Shown here: in pieces, positions 23,501 through 34,800 of the stretch
Layout of the letters: every line of letters starts with the position of its first letter
Numbering within the stretch: position 1 is the stretch's first letter
Assembly (NCBI RefSeq): GCF_046119375.1
Contig: NW_027362765.1
Coordinates: 61,318,001-61,382,000, forward strand
DNA length: 64,000 nucleotides
Direction: 5' to 3'
From: Phyllobates terribilis
Lineage: Eukaryota
Program-made: the position numbers and the translations under genes
Notes under the pieces: model-generated
The model's database searches: none
The model's input: only the letters and a program-made list of their open reading frames with translations
Told to the model about the DNA's origin: nothing

Positions 23501-26500
23501 TGTAGACGGCTGCGCTGACTTTGGTGTTAATAAAACACTGGATCTACACCCGCAGATGACATGGCTCCCCAAACCATCACTGATTGTGGAACCTTCACAC
23601 TAGACCTGAAGCAGCTTGGATTGTGGCCTCTCCACTCTTCCTCCAGACTCTGGGATTTCCAAATGAAATGCAAAATTTACTTTGCATTTACTTAGTGTGT
23701 TTATGACTGCCTTCTGGACATCTGTCAAGCAGGGCTGTGGAGTCTGAGTCTGTATAAAATGGTCCGACTCCTAAAATATGTAATAAATTGGGTACAGTAG
23801 TTCAATGCAGTTTGTGGGGAATATTTTTTCATAAGAATTTGGGAAAGTTATAGTCTGGATCGGTGTCATGGAAATTGAGGAGTCAGAGGTTTGGCTTACA
23901 GACTCCACAGCCCTGCTGTCAAGTCAGCACTCTTTCCCATGATTGTGGAGCCTACTGAAACAGACTAAGCGACCTTTTTAAATGTGTAGCAAGCCTTTGC
24001 AGGTGGTTTTTGTTAATTATAATTTGCTGAGATAATGACTTTTGTGTTTTCATTGGCTGTAAGCCATAATCATCAACATTAACAGAAATAAACACTTGAA
24101 ATAGATCACTCTGTTTGTAATGACTCTATATAATATCAGTTTCACTTTTTGTATTGAAGAACTGAAATTAACTTTTTGATAATATTCTAACTTGGTGAGA
24201 TGTACCTGTAGCAGCCTTTTTGCAGATGCTGGCTTTCTTGTCATGTATTAACCAACCTAGTATGTCTTCATACATCCTTTTTGAGAAGGGGGGAATAACT
24301 GAGATTTGTAGGGTTGTAAAAATGTATGATAAAAGACATAGTGGCAATTTCAATCGGCAGGGTAGTATAAAAGGAAAAATAAATACCACGGCTAAGATTG
24401 AGGGGAGCTGCTGCAGCACCACTATCAATGGCATCAGCAGTCTGTTCAGTAGAGTTATGAAACAGTTCTCAATTGTCTACCTTTTTTATGGCACATCACT
24501 TGTCTCAGACTCTGTTTTTCAGCAATAACTGCACTGATATTGCTTGTAAAATTCAGAGTCACACCAGATACTGACAGTAAAGTTTCAGATACTTTGGAAA
24601 CTCAGTCAAGTGATATTGGATAATTTTCCTCATTTAAAAATAAAAGTCTAATATTTTTAATTAATTTATTTGATTTGGTTATTTTTATCAACTTTTAGTC
24701 TGAAAAATGTGATGTAGCTTTAGGTCAAATTTATTTTGTATTAAAGGGCAGTGTTTCTATTGGCTTGCATAACATATAAAAGAATATAGATGACTTGTTC
24801 TCATTTCTTGTGTCCACTGCTTAGTTTCATAAAAAATACAAAATCTTAAACTTTCTCCAAAGTAGTGGCTTATATGTACATGACCAATATGCTCCTTCTA
24901 TGTGCTTTGCTCCTACTAGAGTACTTGTACGTCTCAGAGGGTATGTAGTGAGCTGAAATCGCCAAATAAAACAAATTCCAATCCCCTTTCTGATTTTTTT
25001 CTGAACATGTAACTTGAAATGATTGGTGACGGGTACAGTGGAACATGAACCTATAGAGAAGGAGGTTACAATACAAAAGTAAAAAATTTTTAAGGGGCAT
25101 AATCTAGTGGCCTAACACGATAATCAGTCCCTCTTTTGTGGTCCACTGTCTTAGTCTGTTGATAATTGAATTGTATTACATTTGTATGTAAATTTTTAAA
25201 CTATATAATTATAAATATTTAAATATTTCCAATGCAGTGTTCTTGAAAAAATATTAAAATCGGTTTTATTCTTGGCAGATAACTGTACGAAGAGCTCAGA
25301 GAGAAATCTGATATTCTCTGATATTGCACCAGATACATGTGAAGAATATGTCATTATACCAGACACCCCTCATGCCAAGATCCTTTCTTCTGCTTCATCA
25401 GAGACAAATACAAAACAAAAAATACAAAAGAAAAACAAAAGTAACAGAAGGGCTGTTGAACATTCCATAGGGAAGAATCCATTTTTATGTTCAGAATGTG
25501 GGAAATATTACCCTACTAAATCAAGATTTATTATACATCAGAGAAGTCACACGGGGGAGAAGCCATTTTTATGTTCAGAATGCGGGAAATATTACACTAC
25601 TAAATCAAGACTTATTGCACATCAGATAAGTCACAGAGGGGAGAAGCCATTTTTATGTTCAGAATGCGGGAAATATTACACTACTAAATCAAGACTTATT
25701 GCACATCAGAGAAGTCACACAGGGGAGAAGCCATTTTTATGTTCAGAATGCGGGAAATGTTTTACAGAAAAATTATATCTTGCTCAACATCAGAGAGTTC
25801 ACACAGGGGAGAAGCCATATTCGTGTTCAGAATGTGGGAAATGTTTTACACAGAAAACACATCTTGTTACACATCAGAGAGTTCACACAGGGGAGAAGCC
25901 ATTTTCATGTTCAGAATGTGGGAAATGTTATAGTGAAAAATCCAAACTTGCTATACATCAGCGAATTCACACAGCGAAGAAACCATTTTCATGTCCAGAC
26001 TGTGGAAAACATTATATTGAGAAATCCATACTTGTTGAACATCAGAGGAGCCACGCAGTGGAGAAGCCATTTTCTTGTTCAGAATGTGGGAAACATTATT
26101 GTATGAAATCGAAACTTTTAAAACATCAGAGAATTCACACAGGAGAGAAGCCATTTTCATGTTTAGAATGTGGGAAATGTTTTAATCAGAAAGCAAAACT
26201 TGTTAGACATCAGAGAATTCACACAGGGGAGAGGCCATTTTCATGTTCTGAATGTGGGAAATGTTTTTCTACAAACTCTATTCTTGTTACACATCGGAGA
26301 ATTCACCCAGGTATGAAGCCATTTCCATGTTTAGAATGTGGGAAATGTTTTATAGACCTATCACATCTTGTTACACATCAGCTAGGTCACAAAGTGAACA
26401 AGGTGTTTTCATGCTCCGATTGTGGAAAATGTTTTAAACGGAAATCAGTTTTAATAGTGCATCAGAGAATTCACACAGGGCAGAAGCCTTATTCGTGTTC

Positions 26501-26768
26501 AGAATGTGATAAATGTTTTGCAGTGAAACACCATCTTGTTAAACATCAAATAACTCACACAGGGAAGAAGCCATTTTCATGTTCAGAATGTGGGAAATGT
26601 TTTACACAGAAACCAAATCTTGTTGCACATCAGAGAACTCACACAGGGGAGAAGCCATTTTTATGTTCAAATTGTGGGAAATGTTTTAATAGGAAAGCTA
26701 GTCTTGTCAAACATGAGCGAATTCACACAGGGAAGAGCCTAGACCTCAGTCCAAAGGCTTTCACCTAG
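14469..26768 (+). CDS. FAX/KRAB-like C2H2 zinc-finger protein (XlCOF/XlCGF-like), join(14469..14546,14676..14855,14938..15061,15145..15242,20672..20762,25279..26768), 686 aa, 15 fingers
   Basis: All introns GT-AG, exon phases join in frame (total 2061 nt). Starts [26 protein letters not shown]; KRAB-like [26 protein letters not shown]; 15 CxxC...HxxxH fingers with TGEKP-type linkers. Confidence 0.9.
14676..14855 (+). CDS. Zinc-finger gene coding exon 2
   Basis: CCAG|GATTAC...GGAGAG|GTGAC, 180 nt; DYTVVKKT...[15 protein letters not shown]. Confidence 0.88.
14938..15061 (+). CDS. Zinc-finger gene coding exon 3 (KRAB-A-like)
   Basis: TCAG|GTTGCT...CACCAG|GTAATA; [41 protein letters not shown]. 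Confidence 0.9.
15145..15242 (+). CDS. Zinc-finger gene coding exon 4
   Basis: CCAG|TTCTAT...TATCAG|GTAGAT; [32 protein letters not shown]. Confidence 0.85.
15320..15595. mobile_element. hAT MITE whose left arm is replaced by a copy of 13919..14033
   Basis: TIR TAGTGATGAGCGAGT / ACTCGCTCATCACTA; TSD GTCTTGTT at 15312..15319 and 15596..15603. 15332..15446 is identical to 13919..14033. Confidence 0.92.
17172..18822 (-). mobile_element. Full-length Tc1 (DD34E) element with long IR/DR-type TIRs
   Basis: TA|CAGTTATATGAAAAAGTTTGGGCACC...GGTGCCCAAACTTTTTCATATAACTG|TA; about 210-bp inverted repeats; 1651 bp. Confidence 0.95.
17400..18422 (-). pseudogene. Tc1 transposase, 340 codons, one premature TGA at codon 31
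   Basis: ATG at 18422 ([16 protein letters not shown]...), TGA at 18332..18330, then uninterrupted through [22 protein letters not shown] (D34E) to AKGGSTKY. Confidence 0.9.
18864..19178. repeat. About 29-bp CpG-rich minisatellite, about 11 copies
   Basis: Unit CATATGTCTGCGTACCGTGTGTGCGCGCG with variable (GT)n/(GC)n length. Confidence 0.93.
19195..19414. other. Assembly gap (220 N)
   Basis: Run of N characters. Confidence 1.
20672..20762 (+). CDS. Zinc-finger gene coding exon 5
   Basis: TTTCAG|AGTAAA...GCACAG|GTGAGT, 91 nt; [30 protein letters not shown]. Confidence 0.88.
22048..22311. mobile_element. T2/Kolobok-type MITE
   Basis: TTAA flanks (22044..22047, 22312..22315); TIR AGGGATTGTCCACTACTTTTACATTGATGC / GCATCAATGTAAAAGTAGTGGACAATTTCT. 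Confidence 0.85.
22742..22998. mobile_element. Solo terminal repeat of the DD38E Tc1 family seen at 1..1503
   Basis: TA|CAGTACAGACCAAAAGTTTGGACAC...; nearly identical to the reverse complement of 1247..1503. Confidence 0.9.
22999..24208 (-). mobile_element. Internally deleted Tc1 (DD34E) lacking the outer part of one TIR
   Basis: ORF remnant 23168..23572 (QQDLAPVH...SPDLNTIE...AKGAPTKY). End ...GAGATGTACCTG|TA at 24208; 23001..~23056 is inverted relative to ~24050..24103. Confidence 0.85.
23730..23915. mobile_element. hAT MITE (CAGGGCTGTGGA family), 186 bp
   Basis: TIR CAGGGCTGTGGAGTC / GACTCCACAGCCCTG; TSD CTGTCAAG at 23722..23729 and 23916..23923. Confidence 0.92.
25279..26768 (+). CDS. 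Zinc-finger gene terminal exon with 15 C2H2 fingers
   Basis: TTGGCAG|ATAAC acceptor in frame with ORF 25272..26768; 15 tandem fingers. Confidence 0.95.
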
Positions 26769-27188
26769 CCAAATCAGATCTTAAACTTTTCACTGATGGG
26801 GGGCCCCTATGTTCACTTCTAAGGGAGGTCATGCCGTGTATCGTGTTGGAAGAAACCCAAAACAGCTAGCCCCCCACATCTCCCATGTGGCTGCCAGCAC
26901 CAAGGCCTAAAAACGAGCTGGTAACTAACTATTGTTTCATCTGCGTATACTTATTGTACTACCATCTGTATTTGCATATCTGAACATTGTATATGTATAT
27001 AGTGTTTTGACTATTGTGTCCTTAAGGCGAATAAATATCCAATTTAACCTTAGGTTGCTCTTTTATCCATCCACGAATCCACATGTCCGTGTTCTTGATT
27101 TAACGTCTTATGCGACTTGGGCTGGGTTCTGTCCCGATATAATCCCATTAACGGATTGGGCTTATATCTAACAAGGAACTGGTGGCAG
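26740..27188 (+). mobile_element. Possible truncated LTR followed by a partial tRNA-Leu PBS
   Basis: AATAAA 27030..27035, ...TAACA ending 27173, then TGGTGGCAG (27180..27188), matching the first 9 nt of a tRNA-Leu PBS. 5' TG end not identified. Confidence 0.35.
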
Positions 27189-27789
27189 TCCATAACGGGC
27201 TGGCAAGGCTCTTTTTCACTGGTGCTAATGAAAGGCGTCTCTCAACCACCTGTCAGAGTTGTGAGCAGGTGTTGTGCAACGCCAGCAGATGTGTGAGCCA
27301 CCCTCTATTACCTCCCTGTGCTCGTGTGGACAAGGGGTATCTGTGTAAAACTTATGTATCCCCAGGGGGTGCGGAACGTCACGTTGGTGAAAGTGGGGAG
27401 ACCGTACCGCGTGACTCCCATGACGTATTCGTGACGTCAGGCAGGGCTGTGAGGTGCAGTTCTTCACACCTTCCATGGTGTTCACACAGTAAGATATTAC
27501 CACTATGGCCCTCCACATTGTACGATGAACTGGAAGATGCGTCCCACACAGTATAAGGTCTCCGCTCCACATTTTATCCCTACCATAATGCACACGATGC
27601 TATGATGCCTCCATAGTACATTTCCTTACACAATATAACCCCACAGTTCCCCCACAAAGATTATGAAGTTCTCACAGTGCCATCGATGCAGTATGAGGCC
27701 TTCACAGTGTTCTCAATATAGTGTGAGGTTGCCACAGTGTCCCCAATCCAGTATGACGATGCCGTCTTTCCCCCACTACACTGGAGAGG

Positions 27790-28545
27790 CACGACAATGT
27801 TAACAGGGAGGCCACAAAGGAGGATTTTGCAGAAGTCGAGGTTGGGAGAAGATGAGGGCATGCACTAACATTTTAGTAGATTCTGGGTTGAGGAAAGGAA
27901 GGATTCTAGAAATACTTTTGAGCTGGGGGCGGCAGGTGATGGTAAGAGCTTGGATGTGCAACATGAAGGACAGGGGAGAGTTGAGGATTACACCGAGGCA
28001 GTCGACTTCCAGTACAGGGGAAAGCGTGATGTAATTTATTGTGATATTTAGATCGGGTGTCAGCGTTAGGTTAGATAGAGGAAAGATGATGAATTCAGTT
28101 TTGTCCACATTGAGCTTAGGAAGCTTGATGAGAAAAAGGATATGGCTAAGATAGACACTCTGGGATTTGGGACAGCAGAGAGGTGACATCTGGGCCAGAG
28201 AGGTAGATCTGCATATCATCAGCATATACTGTAGATGGTACTGGAAGCCATGAGACTTTTTGTTGTGCCAGGCCAAGAGTATAGATGGAGAAGAGTAGGG
28301 ATCTCAAGACTGAGCCTTGAGAGACATTAGCAGAGAGAGGGCGGGATGAGTAGGCAGTATGGGAATAGGAGACGCTAAATGTGGCGTTAGAAAGGGATGA
28401 GGAGATCCAGGGGAGGGCACGGTCTTTGACCCCAAGGGAAGAGAAGAATTGTAGTGGCAGGGAGTGGCTGACTGTGTCGAAGGTAAAGGACAGGTCTTTA
28501 AGGAAGCGTATAGAGAATTGTCTGTTAGCTTTGGCAATAAGTCAT
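27790..28545 (-). mobile_element. L2/CR1-clade LINE RT fragment
   Basis: KLNVDKTEFIIFP, CLGVILNSPLSF, KSISRILPFL, homologous to the L2 at 37700..41785. Confidence 0.8.
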
Positions 28546-29271
28546 TTCCAAATGTATTTATGTCCTGAGGAATTAGATACCATTGAAATTGAGATACCAG
28601 GCAGGCCCTACCTTCTAACCCCTGGCTCACAGGCTTCATAGCTGTTACGTAGTCTGTGTCATTGGCAGTATGCCAAAAGATGAGACAAGTTGAGCATGCA
28701 CTAATTGTTTTGACAATTGTCATGATCATGTTCAGTAGAGTTTCACATAGCCTAATGTTAGATCAAGTGGATCAGGGAGGTTTTAAACACTTCATTTTCA
28801 AACTTTTATAAATTGGAAGGATTGCGTTTCTTTCGAAACACGTCGATGAACTGTGGCCCTATCTGGATCTTGTAGTACTCAGCAGTGGCGTCATCCACTT
28901 CATCTACACAGCCCCTGTACATGCTGAAGCAGCGCTTCCAGCCGGAGCGCACTGCCAGCATCGGACAGACACAAGACAAGGGGACACCCGGGAGGACTCT
29001 CCCAGAACGGCTTTTCATATACAGGATCCCCTCCTACAGGAGCAACGTTACATTCAGAGCCTGAGGACCCCAACTAGTAAGTACTCCAACAGTAATTCTA
29101 ACTGTTACTTGCATGCAGTAAAAGTTCCAGTAGTAGCCTTATGAGTTATGGCACTTTATCTCTTTTATCATCTATTCAACTGAAACGAACTGAGACAACT
29201 ATTAACCACAGGCTCCTTTCCCTGTATCAAACAAGGGACTTTTTGGTATTCACCTCTTAGTATTTGGGATA

Positions 29272-31337
29272 CAGTAGTGTTCAAAATAATAGCAGTCCAA
29301 TATGACTAACCAGATTAATCACTGTTTTTGGTATAAATCATATTACCACATATCAAACAATTTACCAGTTGTTGTAGTAGATTCTAAGAAAACCAACAGA
29401 CTCGGCATTCATGATCTGCATGTGTTTTAGTCTGTGTATTTGAAAAATTGAAAGGGAGTGTATTAAAAATAATAGCAGTGTGGAGTTCAATTAGTGAGGT
29501 CAATCATTCTGTGAAGAAACAGGTGTGAATCAGGTGGCCCTTATTTAAGGATTAAGCCAGCACATGTACATGCATTTCTCCTTTAAAGTCTGAGAAATAT
29601 GGGTCATTCGAGGCATTGTTCAGAAGAACAGCGTACTTTGACTAAAAAGTTGATTGGAGAGGGTAAAACTTATAAAGAAGTGCAGACAATGAGGGGCTGT
29701 TCAGCTAAAATCTCCAATGCTTTAAAATGGAAAGCAAAACCAGAGATGCATGGAAGAAAACGGAAGACTACGATTCAAATGGATCGAAGAATAGCCAGAA
29801 TGGCAAAGGATCAGCCAATGATCAGCTCCAGGATGATCAAAGACCGTGTCAAGTTACCTGTGAGTACTGTGACAGAAGATGCCTGTGTGGAGCTAATCTC
29901 TTAGCAAGAAGTCCCCGCAAAGTCCCACTGTTAAAAAAAAAAAAAAAAAAAAAAGACATGTAGTGAAGCGGATACAATTTGCCAAAGAAACACATCAACT
30001 GACTAAAAGAGAAATGTAGCAACATTTTGTGGACTGATGAACGTAAAATAGTTCTTTTTGGGTCCAAGGGCCACAGACAGTTCTTCAGACGACCCCCAAA
30101 CTCTGAATTCAAGCCACAGTACACTCTGAAGACAGTGAAGCATGGTGGTGCAAGCATCATAATATGGACATGTTTCTCTTACTATGGTGCTACCGCAAAC
30201 CAGGGATCATGGACCAGTTTGCATATATTGAAATACTCGAAGAGGTCATGTTGCCTTACGCTGAAGAAAGCGGTATTTCAACAAGACAACGACCCTAAAC
30301 ACACTAGTAAACTAGCAAAATCTTGGTTCCAGTCCAATCCTCGGATCTTAATCCGATAGAACACTTGTGGGGTAACATCAAAAATGCCGTTTCTGAGGCA
30401 AAGCCAACAAATGCCAAAGAGTTGATGGGATGTAGTCAAAGCATCCTCGGCTGGAATAACAGTTGACAGGTGCCAGAAGTTGGTTGACTCTATGCAACAT
30501 AAATGTAAAGCAGTTCTAAAAAACTGTGGGTATACAACTAAATATTAGGTTAGTGATTCACAGGAATGCTAAATTCTCAAAACAAAAAGTGCATATTGTG
30601 AGTTTGTGAAGACAAAAGCAAAAACTGCTATTTTTTTTTAGAACAGCCCAATGTAAATTTTTTGTTATTTTCTGTAAAGTAGTTAAAAATTATGTACATT
30701 TCTCTTCATGTTTTGAATTATAAAACAGTGTGCCAAGTTCCCAATGCATAGGAATAAAAACTAGTATAAGGCTGTGTGCCCTCAATGCGGATTTAACGCA
30801 TTAAAATCGCTTAAGAGGTCTGGGATGTATTCCAATGATAATCCGCATGCGGAAATTTCTGCTGCGGATTATCATTGCGGAAAAATCTGCAGCACAACCA
30901 ATTTGGGCGCGATTTCTCGGCGAACTTGTGCGCAGGCGCCGGTGAGTCACTCTGACTTCCCGGTGCCTGCACACAAGTTTCCTGCTGCAAAACACTGCAC
31001 TAACAGCAGGGAGAAGAGCGCCGTCCGTACAGAGGAAACAGCGCAGGCGCAGGATGTGGCCAGGAACTGCACGTCACTGGGCCCTGTGACATGCAGGGGT
31101 GGTGGGGTGAGTATGGAAATAGGGCTAGTAGGCAGGCATTTCTTGGCATCCGGGGGACGCGAAGCTTAGCAGAAATAATTTAATACAAAAGCTATTACAC
31201 AGCAACCAGACCGCTAATATGGGCCATACAGGTAAGTATAGATTCACACTTCTATCACCTGTATGCCCATATAAGCGGCCTGAAAAGTCCCAGGGGGTGA
31301 CAGATTTCCTTTTAACTCATGTTTTTGAACACTACTG
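29272..31337 (+). mobile_element. Degraded Tc1 element with nested MITE fragments
   Basis: TA|CAGTAGTGTTCAAAA...TTTTGAACACTACTG|TA; fragments [32 protein letters not shown]. Harbinger-type start at 30770 and T2-type end near 31310. Confidence 0.85.
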
Positions 31338-32008
31338 TAGTAATATAGCCCCCTTTCTTTTCATTATCAGCCATTTTGGGCAGCACCAACCACAGCCCCC
31401 AGACACTGATCAAGGCGGTTACTGTTTTCCTTCACCTTAAATCTCCCGTTTAACCCCTTTACTCCTGAAAGTGGCTTGCACGTTAATGACCAGGCCAATT
31501 TTTTACAATTCTGACCACTGTCACGTTATGAGGTAATTACTCTGGAATGCTTCTACGGATGCCACTAATTCTGAGAGTGTTTTTTCGGGACATATTGTAC
31601 TTCGTGATAGTGGTAAAATTGATTCAATATGACTTTATTTGTGAAAAAAATCGGAAATTTGGGGAAAATTTAGAAAATTTCATAATTTTCAAAATTTTAA
31701 TTTTCATGCCCTTAAATCAGAGAGATATGTCACACAAAATAGTTAATAAATAACCTTTCCCACATGCCTACTTTACATCAGCACAATTTTGGAACCTACA
31801 TTTTTTTGGGGGGGAGTTATAGGGGTTAAAAGTTGACTAGCGATTTCGCATTTTTACAACAAAATTTTCAAAACCATCTTTTTTAGGGACCACATCGTAT
31901 TTGAAGTCACTTTGAGGAGTCTATATGCAGAAAATACCCAAAAGTTACACTATTCTAAAAACTGCACCCCTCAAAGTGCTCAAAACCACAGTCAAGAAGT
32001 TTATTAAC

Positions 32009-32350
32009 CAGGGCTGTGGAATTGGAGTCAGTGTCCATTTTGGTGGAGTTGGATTCGGTATAAAATGGACTGACTCCGACTCCTAAAATATAATAAATTG
32101 GGTGCAGTAGTTCATTGCAGTTTGTGGGGAATATTTTTTCATAAGAATTCGGGAAAGTTATGAAATGTCCTATAAATGTCTGTCCTATTCCTGATCTAAG
32201 GATCTAGACTTTTAGCTGACCTGAATCTGTGCTACAGTAAAATTATCACGTAAACATGAGCCATGTATGAGGGAGTCAAGAGTCTGAGTCGGTGTCGTGG
32301 AAATTGAGGAGTCAGAGTTGGAGGTTTGGCTTACCAACTCCACAGCCCTG
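32009..32350. mobile_element. hAT MITE (CAGGGCTGTGGA family), 342 bp
   Basis: TIR CAGGGCTGTGGA / TCCACAGCCCTG; TSD TTATTAAC at 32001..32008 and 32351..32358; shares internal sequence with 23730..23915. Confidence 0.92.
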
Positions 32351-33563
32351 TTATTAACCCTCCACGTGCTTCACAGCAATTAATCGAATGTGAAAGGAAA
32401 AAATGAACATTTAACTTTTATTTTTACAAAAATTTAACTTTAGACCCCAATTTTTTATTTTCACAAAGGAGAAATTGGACCCTAAAAGTTGTTGTGCAGT
32501 TTCTCCCAAGTACGCTGATACCCCATATGTGGGGGAAAGCCATTGTTTGGGTGCACGGCAGGGCTCGGAAGGGAAGGAGCACCATTTGACTTTTTCAACG
32601 CAAAATTGGAATTGAGAGCGGACGCCATGTTGCATTTGGAGAGCCCCTGATGTGCCTAAACAATAGAAATCCCTCACAAGCGACCCCATTTTTGAAACTA
32701 GACCCCTTTAAGGAACTTATTTAGATATGTGGTGAGCACTTTGAACCACAAGTATTTCAAAAAAGTTTATAACCTAGAGCTGTGAAAAAAAAAATCACTT
32801 TTTCCACAAAAAATATCTTTTAGCTGCAATTTTTTTATTTTCACGAGGGGAACAGGAAAAATTGGACCCCAAAAGTACTCTGATACCCCATATGTGGGAG
32901 AAAACTACTGTTTGGGTGCATGTCAGGGCTCGGAAGGGAAGGAGTGACTTTTTGGAATGCAGACTTTGATGGAATGGTCTATTGGCGTCATGTCGCATTT
33001 GTAGAGCCCCTGATTGCCTAAACAGTGGAAATGCCCAACAAGTGTCCCCATTTTGAAAACTAGGTTCCCCAATGAATTTATCTAGATGTGTGGTGAGCAC
33101 CTTGAACCCCCAGGTGCTTCACTGAAAATTATAACATTGACTTGTGAAAATAAAAAAATCTAATTTTTTCCACAAAAATGTTTTTAGCCAAAAAAAGAAT
33201 TCAAAAGGGTAACAGGAGAACGTTGATCTCAAAATCTGTTGTGCAATTTCTCCTGAGTGTGCTGATAAAAAAAAAACTGTTTGGGTGCACTTCAGGGCTC
33301 GGAAGGGAAGAAGCTACGTTTTGGAATGCAGACTTTGATGGAATGGTCTGTGGGCGTCATGTCACGTTTTCAGGACCCCTGATGTTGGACATTTCCACTG
33401 TTTAGGCACAAGTGCCCCCTTTTTGGAACTGATCTACTGATTCCTGATATGTGAATTTTATAATGTGTCATATGTCAGTTGTGTAGCGTTCATCAGGTTG
33501 TCATATGTCAGTTGTGTAGTGTTAGTCAGGTTGTCATACGTCAGTTGTGTAAGTCAAATGAAT

Positions 33564-34800
33564 TTAGCAGTCACTGGATGTGTGGTACAGTCTGAAGCAT
33601 TCTTTCATACACAGGCCAGGTTTGCCGGGGCAGGTGTCACATTCATGAGTGGTGTCCTTGCATATCCCCCTTCGGTAACACACGCACTTCTTTTGTGACT
33701 TACTTTTTTTTGCTCTTTGAGGGACCTCCCTTGGGAAATGCTGGCCTGGTTCAATTCGAGGTCCTTCAGCTCCGGAAGTACTGGGGCCCACTCCATCACC
33801 ATTGCTAAATATCAGGGCCTTGATCACTACTTCCTGGAACTGAAGGTACAACGTAGAAGTGTGGCCTGCACATCATGATAGCAGGAAAGCGTTGTGCATT
33901 GCCATCTGTATCATGTGCATGGCCAGCTTCTTGTACCACACCTTGGCCTTTCTCAAGGCACTGTACGGCTGGAGGACTTGATAAGAAAGATCAACTCCCC
34001 CCCATTTTTTTGTTGTACCCCAGTACACAGTCTGGTTTGACAATCTGTGTAGAGGTACCTTGTACAGTGCTGGGAGTGCTACCATCACCACATATGGTGT
34101 TCAAGAAAAGGACATCCCTCTTGTCCTTATACTTGAACACCTGCAGGTGGTCGCTACATTGGGTTCTGCTCTCACCCCTTCTGACCTGCGGTCCCATCAG
34201 CATCTTCTGGAGGCCTCTCTGATTTTAGCAGACAGTACCGCAGGCTGCGATACCTTGTGCAGAGAGTGACTTGAAGAGTTGGATGCTGGTATAAAAGTTA
34301 TCCATGTAGAGGTGATAACCTTGATCCAGCAGTGGGTGCACCAAATCCCACACAATTTTCCCACTCACTCAAGACATGGGGCATTGAGGGAATTCAATAT
34401 GGGAGTCCTTCCCGTCATAAACCCTAAAATTGTGAGTGTACCCTGAGGTACTCTCACGGAGCTTGTACAGCTTAATTCCGCACCTGGCCCTCTTACTGGA
34501 CAGGTACTGCCAGAATTTAAGCTTCCCCTTAAAATGAATTAGGGACTCATCCACGCAGATGTCCCTTTGTGGCATGTACACTTCAGCAAACTTGTTGAAG
34601 TGCTCGATGACCAGCCGAACTTTGAAAAGGCGATCAAAGTTGGGGTCATCTCGTGCAGGACACAGTGCATTATCGTTGTAATGCAAGAACTTGTGGATGG
34701 CCTCAAAACGTATCTGGGTCATTGCCATTCAGAACACTGGAGTGTTACAAAACGTCAACACTCCAATATTGCTGAACTTCTGGCTTCTTCAGTATCCCGA
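33564..34800 (-). pseudogene. piggyBac (PGBD4-like) transposase remnant
   Basis: DPNFDRLFKVR, ICVDESLIHFKGK, KRARCGIKLYKL; GGVDLSYQ...KVWYKKLAMH; C-terminal Cys-rich CVC...CDTCPGKPGLC...CFRLYH. Confidence 0.9.

Noticed and set aside
25699-26437. Alternate-frame ORFs over the zinc-finger exon
   Set aside because: Shadow frames of the 84-bp finger periodicity.
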